A stretch of 64,000 bases of DNA. Source: Auanema rhodensis (Eukaryota; Animalia; Nematoda). Both the position numbers and the translations under genes were made by a program. Within the stretch, counting starts at the first letter, position 1. The number at the start of each line of letters is the position of its first letter. Positions 1 through 13,032 of the stretch are shown here, in pieces. The notes beneath the pieces are model-generated. The model had not been told where the DNA came from and searched no databases. It saw only the letters and a program-made list of their open reading frames with translations. The stretch lies in contig OZ059898.1 of assembly GCA_964057225.1 (NCBI GenBank), forward strand, positions 6,634,001 through 6,698,000, read 5' to 3'.

Positions 1-622
1 TTAAGGTTTAAATTAAACTTATTCGGTTAAGGTTCCATGGCATAGTTTTTCTTTGCATAGGAGGTAGATCTCTTGTTCCAAGTAAAACATCAAAATCAAC
101 AGAATCCCATGAATTAAATGTAAATTCAGCCATTCTTAACATCTAAATCATGTTTTTATCTTATAAAATATGTGAAATAAGTTAATTACTTCAATAGTTG
201 CTAAAGCTGTTGCATTATCAGTATCAGATACATCTACGAACGCTCCTTCAAAATTATAAAAAATAATTTTAATTGACAAGTTTTAGTTTATTTTTAGTTT
301 TTTATTCTTTTAGAATTACAATTTAAAAATCAATCTAAAGTCATTTTATATACTATTTGCCCTTTTGAAATATAAATATAAAGGAGACAAATAAGATGTG
401 ACAATGAATCTTTCTATAAATTATATTTATATTTCATCAAGAAAATATATTCCTCAAACTTTATTTCTGAATAAATTTCTATTTTGATCAAATTTTAAAA
501 AATAATTTTGTTTGTATTTTATATTTATAAAGAAACATACGTAATGGTAATTTTCTTGTAGATAATATAAACTGAATTAACATTAAAATAAATAATATTT
601 TAAATAAAAAGCCGTAGATCAT
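1..622 (-). CDS. glr-2: 5' part of AMPA-type ionotropic glutamate receptor subunit (runs off the window's left edge)
   Basis: Spliced translation MIYGFLFKILFILMLIQFILSTRKLPLRAFVDVSDTDNATALATIEMLRMAEFTFNSWDSVDFDVLLGTRDLPPMQRKTMPWNLNRI. It has a signal peptide plus a VDFDVLLGTRDLPPM..WNLNRI block matching my recollection of the C. elegans GLR-2 N-terminus; GT-AG introns. Confidence 0.85.
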
Positions 623-3600
623 TTTTGAAAAGAAAAAAGGCTCAGTCGATATTTAGAAGGAAAGCGAAGAAACAACAAAGTGCTTCTGACCGGACGGAAA
701 GAACGTCGAAACCAATTTGGGTTGGAATTTGAGCAGAAAATGGATGAGCAACCTACGGTCTCACCCTGTCTTTCTAGGGTAATAGGAGAGCTAGTTTATA
801 TATTAGCTTGGCTCTAAGCTAACCAAGATGGCTTATGTTAGAGTATTGAAGTTAGAAAGATGCTATTTACTAGAAGGGATAGAAGGATATATGAAGATGA
901 ACATACAATGAAATTTAACATTCTATAATTTATTTCATATATACTTATCCTAAATATATTTGTTAATTATATGAGTTAATTATATATTATAAGAAATATT
1001 TAATTATTTGTAAATAAATGAATATAGTATATATAGAATAAATTAATTTTAATAGTATACATTAAGGAAATAAACTAAATTCATAAAACTTTCTGATAAT
1101 ATTAGGATTATGCATTCAAAACAACCCTAATTTTGAAAAAAGTTTTAAGAAAATAGATGAAGCAATTGATATTTTCTTAGAGCCAAATCAGGAAAATAAG
1201 CTGCTTGATCAAGAAGATCTCAACCTAACTCTTCCAATTTCTCTTTTGTCCTCTTGCTCACATGAGGTTTTGCATTATCCTGTGTTACTCTTCTTCTTTT
1301 CAGTCTTTTTTCTATAAATTGTAATTTCACTTTCTGTAACTGTCTTACCATATTTCAAAAATAAAAATATAATTAGAATATATTATTTTAAAACTTTTAA
1401 TTAATCTTATTGTTAAAATTTCTTTCTTTTTACATTCCAATTAATAAATTTACTTAATAATTCTTCAATTTCATATATCTTTATATTATTTTCTATAAAC
1501 TATATAGATAATTAATAAAAAAATATTTTTTATTTGAATAATATAATTAAATTTTAAAATATTTTATATACATTTACATGTATATACATAAGTATGTATA
1601 AACTGGATATCTTAGTATCAACAAATGAATGTTGATAAGATGCCATTCAATACAATCATTTGATCATTAAAGATAATGACTACCATGACTATCTTCTATC
1701 CGGTAATGCTGCTTAGCTGATCACAAAAAAAGTTGGTTATATGACTGGAACATTGAATAAGTTCTGAAATGTGGAATGTAAAGAACATTGTTTTTAGTTG
1801 TTGATCTCAAATAAAAGTTAAAAATAAAATAATCTATAATTTAATTATTATTATATATTATATATATATATATATATATATTAATAGTTATTAGATATTA
1901 TATTTTATTTTTCTAAATAAAATCCCATAATTAGTTGAAGTTTGACTCTATTTTTCTTGATTTGACTTAAGGCAGAAAATAGATGAGATAGAACCGGTTA
2001 AAGAGGTCATTTCATTTTTCGATTCTTTAAATAATAAATATTATTTCTTTTTAATATTTATTAAATTAAAATTATTATAAATATTGTTCTTCTTAATTAT
2101 ACCAATTCATAATTATTGAAAATGAAATGTGTATGCTTTTATAAATTCTTTTCTTATATGAAATAAGTAAAAGAATGAAAGTCCCAGTACTTTGAGAAAC
2201 AGACTAGAAGAGGTACATTCAGAAAAAGACTAAGGAATCTATGTGTTGGTAGCTTTTGTCGTCTATAACGCTATCGTTGGCCTCGTAGATGATGTCGTTT
2301 TTGGCGTTGCTCCTATAACGACCGGTCCGGGATGTCGCGGTCGCGCGGCCGGAACGCGCAGAGAAACGCCTTGAACAATCTGTTGAGCGCGCTTCCTTTA
2401 ACTAACAGTCTCTCTAATGAAACTGTGCTGGGATGACACATATCTAGGATACAGAAGACTTGGATTTACGGCAGAAAACTGCATACAGATTATGACGTTA
2501 CTGTTTCTAATTCTTGGCAACATTAAGAAAGATAATTTTCTTTTATTAATGAACTTAAACAGCTGAGATTTCAAGAGATATTTGAGCGAAGAAATTGATG
2601 TCCTGAGAGAGATGTTGAACTTTACAGTGATAATGAGAATGATATCAGTGTCTTACTCTGATGATATTCTCATACGTTGCTTTACTTAATATACATGTCA
2701 GACTAGTCAAGTATGTAGGCGTAGATCAAAAAGATTTTCAAAAAATTTTCAAATCACATTATAGTTTGATAGAAAATTTCTTTTTCTATTTGTTTTTTCT
2801 GTAGAATAAATGAACACAGATCTTGAAGACACTATTTGTAATTATAATCAATTAGTTTAGATCAGTTTTTTTTGAAATCCCATAGTAATCATCTAATTAA
2901 GAAGAAAAACAGAAAAAAAGACTTACAAGTGTAAGGCTTACAAGTTCGATCACATTCCACTGATGTCATCAAAAGCTTTTTGGGTGGTAAGATTTATATC
3001 AACTAAAAAGAGATTTTCGTCATAGCATTGTGTTCAAAGTCTATTCCAACTATAAGACTTATAGACAAATGAAAAGCTGTCGACGGAAGTGGAACATTAT
3101 TCAAAAAATCTTGTATGGCATTGTATAGTGGAACATTAGATTTGAAGAGTTATCATTTCATTAACTGTTAATAATGAAATATCTTCTTTTTTTTTCAAAA
3201 ATATAATTTCTATTAAAATAAAAACAAAAAATTATCAACAAGTTATACAAATTTCAAAATATTCAATTTATTTATTTTAAGTTCAATTAGTTTAATATAA
3301 AGTTTATAATCATACAAATATAAATACAATTTATAGTATTGCTTTATAATTATATTTTTTAAAAAAACTGGATACAACATGTATTGGATAAGAAATGATG
3401 ACTGATGATTGTGTGATACTAGACATTATGGCGTCCTCCAAATAATATTATCTTAATATTAAATTAATTGTATAAAATCAAAAATATACATATATCTTTA
3501 ATTTCTGATCTTTACTATAACTTTCTCATCAAATAAGCTTAGAAAGCTATGAGGCCTTGTGCTGGTTTGAGCCTTACAATGGCATCCCGTTCATCATAGC

Positions 3601-4137
3601 CGTTCTGCTTATATGATCAAAAGAAAAACCGCTATTGAATCAAAAATCAACAAAAATCAATCACATGTAAAGATTTTTTGAAATTTTCAATACAAATAAT
3701 TCTTTAGCTGGTTTTATATATAATATATACATATATAATTATAACCCCTAACTTATTATAAAAGAATATTGGTATGACCTTCCTGATCTTCATATTTGAC
3801 TTTCATTTGTAGGCGGTACTTTTCAATGTTCTATTAATTTTTCCTCGTTCGAAACTTTATAAACTTCACATTCCTAAGAGAGAAAAAAAACAAAAAAAAA
3901 GGGGGAAGAAAAGACTTTTCCAAGCTTTCTACAACCTTACTCTCTTGTTTTTTCTTCTCCCTAAATCTCTTTTTCTTTTCAGCTTCTCATAGTTTCTGAT
4001 GGTATTTCTTCATATGCATGCCCTCTGCTTAGGGCAAGCCCCACCCCTTCCGCGTTCTCTTATTGGATAATTGCCTGGCCGGATAATGGTCCGCCTACAA
4101 ACTGGCGGAACGTCGTTGAAGAAAAGATAGCTGGCCT

Positions 4138-4145
4138 TATATAAG
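4138..4145 (+). promoter_or_regulatory. TATA box (TATATAAG) with nearby GATA sites, likely collagen promoter
   Basis: TATATAAG ~470 nt upstream of the collagen ATG; GGATAA twice just upstream, AGATAAG downstream; TTTTCAG acceptor at ~4532-4538. Confidence 0.5.
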
Positions 4146-4613
4146 CTGAAGACAGCCATTGGCTTCTCCCGTCTCATAGATCAGCAGGCTTCATCATCTT
4201 AAATAAAGTTTGGTTTTCGTTAAAAACTGTCAGATAAGATATTCTGTATCAGTCTATTCTCGTATATTACCTATAACATATCAAATAGTACTACTCATGG
4301 TTCTACATGACTTATTTGATTGATGCTTCTCTATATTTCTATATATTTGGATAACATGCAGATGTCTTTAGTTCCATTCTTATTTTATTCTAACCAGTTT
4401 ATTATTGCCGGTTAAGAATTTTGTTAAAATCTCTTTTAAGCCTCCGTCTTCGGAATGCATTATGAGATTTTTCATTCTACATCTTTCAGAATCATCTACC
4501 AATTATTTTTATATATTTCCTGTAATATATATTTTCAGTCTTATACAATATATTTGTTTTATTCATATATTTAATATATTTCTTATTTTTTTTATTTTTG
4601 GGCCGTTCTCAAA

Positions 4614-6539
4614 ATGGAATCCGAGCGGCGGGAGCGGGCTTACCGCTTTGTAGCCTACTCGGCTGTCAGTTTCTCTTTGGTAGCAATTGTTGCTGTATTT
4701 ATAACTCTTCCTATGGTCAACAATTATATCAATTCTGTACATTTACGAGTTCAATCTGAAATGGAATTTTGCAAGGTAATGATAATTTATCATTTGTATA
4801 TCAAAAAATTTAAATAATGGAAGGGTTTTATAGCATTTGTATTAACTTAATTTTCTTTTTTTTTTCTTTTTTTTTATATATATACATGGATGTATTTCTA
4901 ATTTGGGGTTTTTGGATTCATTAATCTTGAAGAAAATATAAGCCCCCTACCCTGTAAAACAGGTTTCGTGTTTTGAACTGGAACCATGTTCAGCATGATT
5001 GTTGGCTAATATTCGATTTTTTTATTAATATTATTTGAAACTTGGTTAAGCTTGAAAAAGATTTTGAAATTAAGAATCTTTAAAAATTTGAAAATTTAAA
5101 AAATAGTTTCGAATAGTTTTCTCTTTTTTTTGAAAATCAAGAGGATTATTTGATACATCGTAAAACTGGATAGCTAACATCTACTTATGACGATGAATGA
5201 AGTATATGAAGAAAAGAGAAGACTAAACGAGGAGAAGTGAGGTAGTAGATGTGGGATAAATGATGTGGCAATTTCTCTTCAAAGCCCTCATCTCATAGCT
5301 TTCTTTTATGATTTCGTTCCACTTGTTGACCGAAATAAACGAAAACTCTCTTAAAATCTTAAAAAACGAAGAAAGATCTATAACTGAAACTGAATAAGGT
5401 ATACATTCGAAGATTATACGTATTAATTTAGCTTTCCGCTCGTGATGTAATGATGGAAATGGCTGAGTTCAGATCTGTCTCTCGATCCCCTGTTCCTTCC
5501 TTTTTGAGACCAGCCAATAGCACTCAAAGGCAGAAAAGGCAGGCTGGTGGATGTCAAGGTAATTTTTATTCAGATGAATAAGTTTTATCTTAAACAAAGT
5601 TTTTGATCCGTTCATATTAATGAAAGATCAATTAAATTTTGATGAATCTTATATATTTATTGTATTCCAGGATGCTGCCTCCCTGGACTTCCAGGACCAG
5701 ACGGACTCCCGGGAAAAAATGGTGTGCCAGGAAGACCTGGAGCACCAGGAGCCCCCGGATTTCCAGGACGGCCCCCAGCGTAAGCTATAATTGCTTATAA
5801 TTATTTATATTTCAAGAACATTAATTTGTTACAAAACAAACAACTTATATTTTAATTTAAGAGTATGCGAGGAAGTTACTGCCCCACCATGTGTACCTTG
5901 TCCACCAGGAGAGCCAGGTCCACCAGGTCCTATGGGAGATTCTGGTATATAATAATTAACATGATAGCTCAAACCCTCTTCATTTCAGGATCTCCTGGAC
6001 AATCCGGACATCCTGGTAGAAACGGTAATGACGGACCACCTGGTCCTCAAGGTAACTTTACTTATGAAAGAAATTTCTACAAATTTGTCTCTCAGGACCA
6101 CCTGGCCCACCTGGTATTCCTGGAGAACTTGGACGTCCTGGACCACGTGGAGAACAAGGAAGACCTGCGTTCTCCACTCCTGCTATTCCTGGAGATCCAG
6201 GAACTCCAGGAGAACCAGGACCACCTGGACTTCCCGGAGACCCTGGACAGTCAGGTAATTATTATGACATATAAAATTGATTTTACTTTTATTAATTTTA
6301 TAGGTAGACCAGGAGCTGACGGACAACCAGGACCACAAGGACCACCAGGTCCACCAGGATCTATGGGACATCCAGGAGAAATGGGACAAACTGGACAAGC
6401 TGGACAACCAGGACCACAAGGAGAAAGAGGTGAGTATTTCGTGACAGCAGTTTTCAATGATGAGTTGCTTGCAGGAATTTGTCCCAAATATTGTGCTTTG
6501 GATGGAGGAATTTTCTTCGAGGATGGAACTCGTCGTTAA
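4614..6539 (+). CDS. Nematode cuticle collagen (Col_cuticle_N + Gly-X-Y)
   Basis: Exon 1 4614-4775 ([26 protein letters not shown]), exon 2 from 5432 with RQKR furin-type site and C-x-x-C-C, interrupted Gly-X-Y blocks, C-terminus [21 protein letters not shown]; AATAAA at 6912-6917. Confidence 0.97.
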
Positions 6540-9500
6540 ACTTCTAACCTATATTCTCGTGACGTTGTCACTTCACTCCGTGCCTTCGTCCCGCCCACTC
6601 GATGGGTAGTTTTTTGTCCTTTTAATGTCCTTTTCTATAGAATGTACATGTCTTCGTACGTTCCATTGGTTAGTACAATTTGGCATTTTTTTTCTCTAGA
6701 AAAATCTATCATGTCTTTCGGCAAATATCCTGCCTTATCGGGTAGATAGAACTATTTTGTGGTTTGTCACTTTGTCCCCCCCCCTCCCATGGTATCCTTT
6801 TTACCACCTTACATGCTAATATCCCTGTATATAAATATATATATATATGATGTAATTCGTATAAAGCGTGTTTAATCTGTCCCAAAAAGTTCCATGTTTT
6901 GCACCAAGTGTAATAAATTTATTTCAACTACTATGTTTTAGAATACAAAAAGAAGATTAAATGAAGCCTATAAGAGCAGGAAATGAAATCGTTTTCAGAT
7001 TTCAATATCAGTCATGAATATTTTAGAATGTTTGAGACAATCATATGATAACAAACTTCACAATATTTTGAACTGCTTGGATAACAGTTGGCACAAAAAT
7101 CAAATATAATTGTAGAAAACAAAGATATATCTCAGTTGATATGGCATGTGTGTAAGGGCAAATTCAAAACATATAACGATCTGATTTAACCGTAACAACA
7201 TGCATATATCGTTCGCAGAACAAATCCGATAAATGCTAAACTTTTTTTTTTGAAAATTCATCCGATGCTTTTATCAGGATAGCTACATCTGAAAATGAGT
7301 TTGTTGTAACAGCACGTGCATATAGCAGGAATTTCAGGTGGATATCATGCGTCATCCTGCCACCAACTTCTATCTGCACTACTCAGAGGATAGAATACAA
7401 TAATCGTCATCTTTCTACAATGTCGTCACTTTATTTTATGTCCAGCAGGACAAACATTGTGAACTTTATTATTTTCCTTCCATCTTCTTCGTGATATGAT
7501 ATAAAAACTGCATTTGTATTGGTATTTTGACAGCAATATTTTTATTACTTATCAGCTACATATTATTCATTATTTATTTAGTCTGTTGTCGTGTTTTCTT
7601 CTCATTAAAATTATAAAATTTTTATAATTAACCCTATGTCTCATGATACTTGTTTTCCTTATCTGAATAATTTTTAAAAATTATTATTAATAGTTAATCT
7701 TTGGTTTATTATTTTTAACGAGCCCATACGAAGAAGTCAAAGTACACTAAAACAAATTTGAAAAAAAGCGTCTAACTATAATTATTTCATTTGTATAGTT
7801 TTTATAGTACAGAAAAATATTTATTTTTCCAATAACATTAAATTCAAGCCAAGAATGTGAAGTTCAATTCTGCAAAAAAAAGCTGTACATTTTAACACTT
7901 ATTTCGAAATGAACAATAATCTCTATAAGTTTAATAAACGATCGAATGATGTCATTTGTAAATTATAGCTAAAGACCCGCCCAATTGCTCTCAGTGGCAA
8001 TTATTGTCACTCAGGGAAATAATTTCTTGCATTTCCGCACAGCCTTTATGCTATATAAGAAAATGAAAATTTTATTCAACTAATGGGTTAAATGTTCAAA
8101 TTTTGGTTGCGGGACCATTTCTAGTGGTCGTGCACTTTTGAATTGAAATTTGACTGATTTTGTTTCTTTCAATGCCCTTTCGTTCTATATCACATTTTCC
8201 CTGTGAATTCAATTATTTCTCCTCTTATCTTTGATATCCCTTGTCTTTAATCAAAAGTTGTTTAAATAACCTTACTTCTCAAACATCGCAAGAGATTGTT
8301 CCGCTGAGTCTCACAAGATCATTGACGTCTTCAGCACACTAGTCATTAGGTTTGTCATCTGACTACTTCTGCTTCTAAAATAGCAGCTGTCGCGCTTGAG
8401 ATTCTGCGTGGTTTGCTTTTCTCCTAGGCCAGATGCAACAAACTTCGTGACCTAAGCCTAGGTTTTCAAAAACATTTCCTCAATGAATTGCGCGTAATCA
8501 TAGAACCGAATGGTTCAACAAGAATATTCTGTTTTGGAGGAATTTCAGTCTTTTTCTAATTGTTTTATTCCGGCATATAATGTGGTTGAGTTTTCAATTT
8601 TTTCAAATTTCATAAAATTCTGATATTCTTATGTTTATGAAATTAATTAAATGATATGATCTTTGATATTACTTTGGATCTGTGTACTTCTATAAAGATT
8701 ACTACCATTCCAACGTGAGAAGTGCAGAATACATCATGTCGTACTTACTATCACACTGCTTATCATACGAGTTTTATAGTTTAAATCCTGATTTCTTCTT
8801 CAGTTACCAGTTAATCATGCCTGCTGGATATGTGCTCGCTAAATTTGTCTTAGATTTGTATTGTTCCTCTCTCATCGCACGTTGCTCTAGTTTATATATC
8901 AAGTCAAACTTTAGTATCTTATTATTTCTCTATGTGGAATAGTTGAAATACGAAAGCTGGATGTTGTAATAATAAAGCCAATTTTTATTGATTCTGCCCC
9001 AAAAGCCTAATCGCCAATATCCCAATCTTACTCGACCTCTATTGTTTATGCTAGATGGCTGACCTATGTGGAAGCGAATCCATATATCGACTGCTTCTGT
9101 CATATTGAACATATGGTCTGAATATAATTCTTACTATTTCCTCTTTTCCCCTTTACCCCTTTACCGGCCCTGACTCGCTAATTATCTTGCTTTTGATTTT
9201 TGATCAAATGTGATTTGATCACAACTACCTTAGGACGGTGTTAGAAGAGATCACAGTAATATTTTACAATGTAGAGTTCATATATATCAGCTCTAGCATC
9301 ATAACGCAATTCTACGTTGTTTCAATCTATAATAACACCCAGAAATTCCCTTTTATAGATTGGTCAACCTGTTTTTAGTTCTTTACCAATTTATTAAACG
9401 GAGCTATCTTAACCTACTACGAAGAATACTTTGTTTTCAATAATCATTCGAAAACTGGTCTTTATTTGCGCAGACACAATGAACTATTTTTTTAACTATC

Positions 9501-10540
9501 GGGGACCACCATCATTTATGGGTTGGTAGTGATTATCATCCGTTCTTAAGTAGATCTGTAATCATACTGGCCACAAAGAACGTGAAAACATACCCTGACG
9601 TCAATCACATTCTACCGCTCTCTCTTGTTTTCTCGTTTAGATGATAAACATTAGAACCCCTCATTTTGACATTATAGGCGGAGCATAATTAGGATCATTT
9701 TCTCTATAGGGTCATACAATAGTAAGATTCAACCCTCATTGTTTAAGTTCTTATCATTGTGAGTTTGTTGATACTATTACCTCTCAGCTTCTGTATATAA
9801 AACAGTTTTAATTGGCTTTCAATATTATTGTTCATATCTTGTTCTCCTTATTTATATGCTCTTGTTTTTCAATGTTTACAACATCTGCTTTGCAGAATTT
9901 CAAAATGTCTACTGAGAAGAGTTTCTGGGCTTCAGCAAAAAGTTTCTTCAGTCTTTCTGCTCCTGTCTCCTTTGCTTCCGTGTCTGCTGTGAGTGCCTCA
10001 GGTTTGTGTTCGGTCATATCATTAATACTAATTATTATTGATTACAGATAAACGCTCTGATTCCAAGAGATTATTCACTGAACAAAAACTAGTTGGTTCA
10101 GTCACCTCCAACTCCGTTTTCATCGATTCTTTTGGATCACTAAATATGCCATAACTGGAGTTATTTTGTTTTCTTGTGCCGCCTGCTTTTCGAGTACTTT
10201 TAGCGCATTATAATCTGGCACGTTAATTATATTTGGATCTCATATCTAGCGGTTTTTGCCTTACTAACATGTCAAACAAATCCTACATTTAATGGATATA
10301 TATCTTTGTTCTCAATTGTTTTCCAATAAAACTGTTAGATTGAATGTTTTTTCTATTAAAAACTGCAAAAAATTTTTTTTGAAAGAATGGACATTCATGT
10401 GATACTGTTCAATTACTATTAATTTTTTATCTTCATTTGATGAACTGTTGATACAATAAGTTATGCAATCATTGAGCATATTTTCATTACTTAATGGAAG
10501 CCCGTAATACAGTAAATAACTTGGAAATATACATATTTGG

Positions 10541-11196
10541 TTACTGGTTAGTAATTACATGCTGAATACCAGATTCAGTGAGAACTTCTTTCAGAATCTC
10601 TAACTTCTCCTCAGTGTCCTTCAAATCATTTATAGATTCATCTAGAGATGTAAGCAACTAAAAAAAAAACTTAAAAATTAATCATTTAGCGACGTTTTTA
10701 CCTCTAATGTTCTATTCTGTTCAAGCTCAATCTCGCGAATACTCTCGTCATGAAGATTTTTCCAATAATTAACAGTTTCTGTTTCACTTTCAAGATCCTA
10801 CAATTAGTGAATTAGATATTGCAATTATAAATATAAAATTACATATGCTGTTATTTCACTTGCGGGTTCCATGGCAGAAACTTCAGTTTGTACACTGCAG
10901 CTTGAGGACTAAACTTCATTTTTCTTCAATATACGAATTGTAAAATATTTTTACCTCAACATTGACAGTTTGCGAAAAATTCTCCTTGTTCTCTTCTCTT
11001 ATCATAGGACTAGGGGCAAATGTCTTCTTCAAAATTAGCTTCAAAATATTCAACTTATATATTATATATATGCAACACTATATGATACCTTGCTGGGGCT
11101 ACGACTGGTTAAATCTTGGCTTTTGTTCAACTGAAATTGAGTAATAGCAGGGCTATTACCCGAAACAGTTTTAAGTCCTTGACGAACAGCGGCCAT
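10541..11196 (-). CDS. gmn-1: Geminin (DNA replication licensing inhibitor)
   Basis: 5 exons: MAAVRQGLKTV (RxxL D-box)...NKENF (KEN)...SVQTE...DLESETETVNYWKNLHDESIREIELEQNRTLE|LLTSLDESINDLKDTEEKLEILKEVLTE. Resembles recalled C. elegans GMN-1; TTCCAG acceptor just upstream of ATG. Confidence 0.8.
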
Positions 11197-11379
11197 TTTA
11201 ATAACTGGAATCAAGAAAATTAACAGAACAAATTAACATAAAAATCGAAATATGAAAACGTGAAACACGTTACAATTCATAGTTAAAGATCCCTGAGCTC
11301 ATTTTATTATACTTTCAAAGAACCTTTTTACACTATGCACAAAGAAAAGACAAAAAATATAAATTATAGATTAAACGAA

Positions 11380-11862
11380 TTAAGAATTAGTTTCAGTATC
11401 CTCTTCTTCATTTTCTAATACAGAGGCAGCTACAGTGAATAGTTTTTCGTATTCTTCCAACTTCTCACTTTTAAGTGTTATATTATGTTGTATTTTTTGT
11501 TCAATCTAAAAAAAAGTACATAATTCAATATATATGCATATATAACCTGTTCATTATCATATTGCACTTTTCGTAATTCGTCCATCTTAAGTTTTGCAAC
11601 AGCAGCCCAATAAGCTAACTCATGATCATTTTGTACATCTAGATCAAACGGTATACTTATCGAGGTATTTTCACAAGAATCAGCAAATCCCTTTTCCTTA
11701 AATTAAAATAAATAACAATCACTAATACTAAAACCTTACATCTGTTTGAACTTCAACAGTTTGCTTGTCAAATACATTAATATCATCTTGAGAATCCTCG
11801 AATACAGAAAATGTGTTAGAAGTTGTGGAAGATTGTGAGAGCTTTCGTGCGAGATTCAACAT
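11380..11862 (-). CDS. Second geminin-family coiled-coil protein
   Basis: 3 exons: MLNLARKLSQSSTTSNTFSVFEDSQDDINVFDKQTVEVQTD|EKGF...HELAYWAAVAKLKMDELRKVQYDNEQ|IEQKIQHNITLKSEKLEEYEKLF...; YW-x2-VA-x6-L-x6-NE-x-I spacing matches the geminin coiled coil. Start codon less certain. Confidence 0.72.
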
Positions 11863-11903
11863 ATCAGATCAACATATAAAAATGGTAAAAATCCAATGGG
11901 ACG

Positions 11904-11961
11904 TTCGCGTTTGGCGTGTAGGGTTCCCTAGCGTCTCTTTTGAATTTTTATCGTTCGCGCC
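11904..11961. promoter_or_regulatory. E2F/DREAM-like elements upstream of the geminin pair
   Basis: TTCGCG (11904-9), TTTGGCG (11910-16), TTTGAA (CHR-like, ~11939-44) and TTCGCGCC (11954-61) clustered 40-100 nt upstream of the ATG at 11862. Confidence 0.5.
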
Positions 11962-12624
11962 GTTATTCCGATTGTGGTTGACGCTAAACTACGGCCATAT
12001 GTTTTTTTGTGGATTTTCCTTATTTACGGAGCGTTATTGTTATGTCATGCTATATTTGATGCATATCTTCTGATTTTCAATCGTTTTTCAAGTCGTTTTT
12101 GGCTTTAATCCTCGGAAAAGGCTTAAGAAACTTGATTCTCTTTTTCTTAATACTTAGAAATTATCTGTTGTTGCCTGTCTTAGCCTTATAGCTAAACTTC
12201 TGAATACATTTTCTTCTATAAATACTATTCAATTGAAAGCTATTGATCATATATATGTATATATTACATATATATGTTTAATGATTTGCGTTATATATAT
12301 GAAAAGTTTGCAAATCCACAGTTTCACTCAAATTTCTCACAGGTAAGTACTAGGGCAGTACACAGTGTTGTGTAATATTTTATGATGTCCTGTAGTTTGT
12401 TTATACGCAAGAGTTTTTTTATGTAATTTTGTTTTGAAGGAGATCGTCCTTATGTTGTTTATTGATTTATATGGTCGTTCACTTCTTATATGTATTTATG
12501 TTCGTGGAATGGCGTTAAATTTGCATAAGTTAATCGCTAATCGACCATTTTCAATCATTCTTTTATAAAACAGTGCATCACATTATAATGATTAGAGTAA
12601 AATTTTGGGAATGATATGTTCTGC

Positions 12625-13032
12625 TCAAATCACATTGCACTGGAACGAGCTCTTCGGGCGATATGGGTTCATCTTGTCGTTGGGAAATCCTGTAATCAGA
12701 GCATCTTCTCTGCTAAGCTCCTGTGTGTATCTGAAATAAATATATATAATAATAATCTACATTGTTGCTATAACTGCACATTTTGATTTTAATACTAGCT
12801 CAATGACTCTAATTGGGATATCGTTTGTTTGAGGTGGGTGTGGTTTATGTGTTGCAAAATGAAAACATTGCAAGATTTTGAAAAATGCATTAGCAATTTC
12901 CTATTAGAAAAACACAAACCTAACGAGATCAGCTGCTGTTTGGGAAATTGGTGTTCGACGCATATTTCTTTCACCACGTAGTTGATCTACTTGTTTTTTA
13001 GCATGTTGAACAGCTTGATCTCTCCCGCTCAT
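12625..13032 (-). CDS. Heterotrimeric G-protein gamma subunit (GGL domain, CaaX), 72 aa
   Basis: Exons 13032-12920 and 12730-12625: MSGRDQAVQHAKKQVDQLRGERNMRRTPISQTAADLVRYTQELSREDALITGFPNDKMNPYRPKSSFQCNVI*. Has V-x-QLR-x-E, D-x-L, NP[YF] and C-terminal CNVI. Confidence 0.93.

Noticed and set aside
1772-1785. TGGAATGTAAAGAA, identical to the first 14 nt of miR-1
   Set aside because: The 3' end diverges and there is no complementary 5' arm to form a hairpin.
6183-6487. Minus-strand ORFs with PGGPG/WS repeats
   Set aside because: Antisense shadows of the collagen Gly-X-Y codons.
8451-8460. CCTAAGCCTA, telomeric (TTAGGC)-like or telomerase-template-like
   Set aside because: Under two repeat units, intergenic, with no supporting structure.
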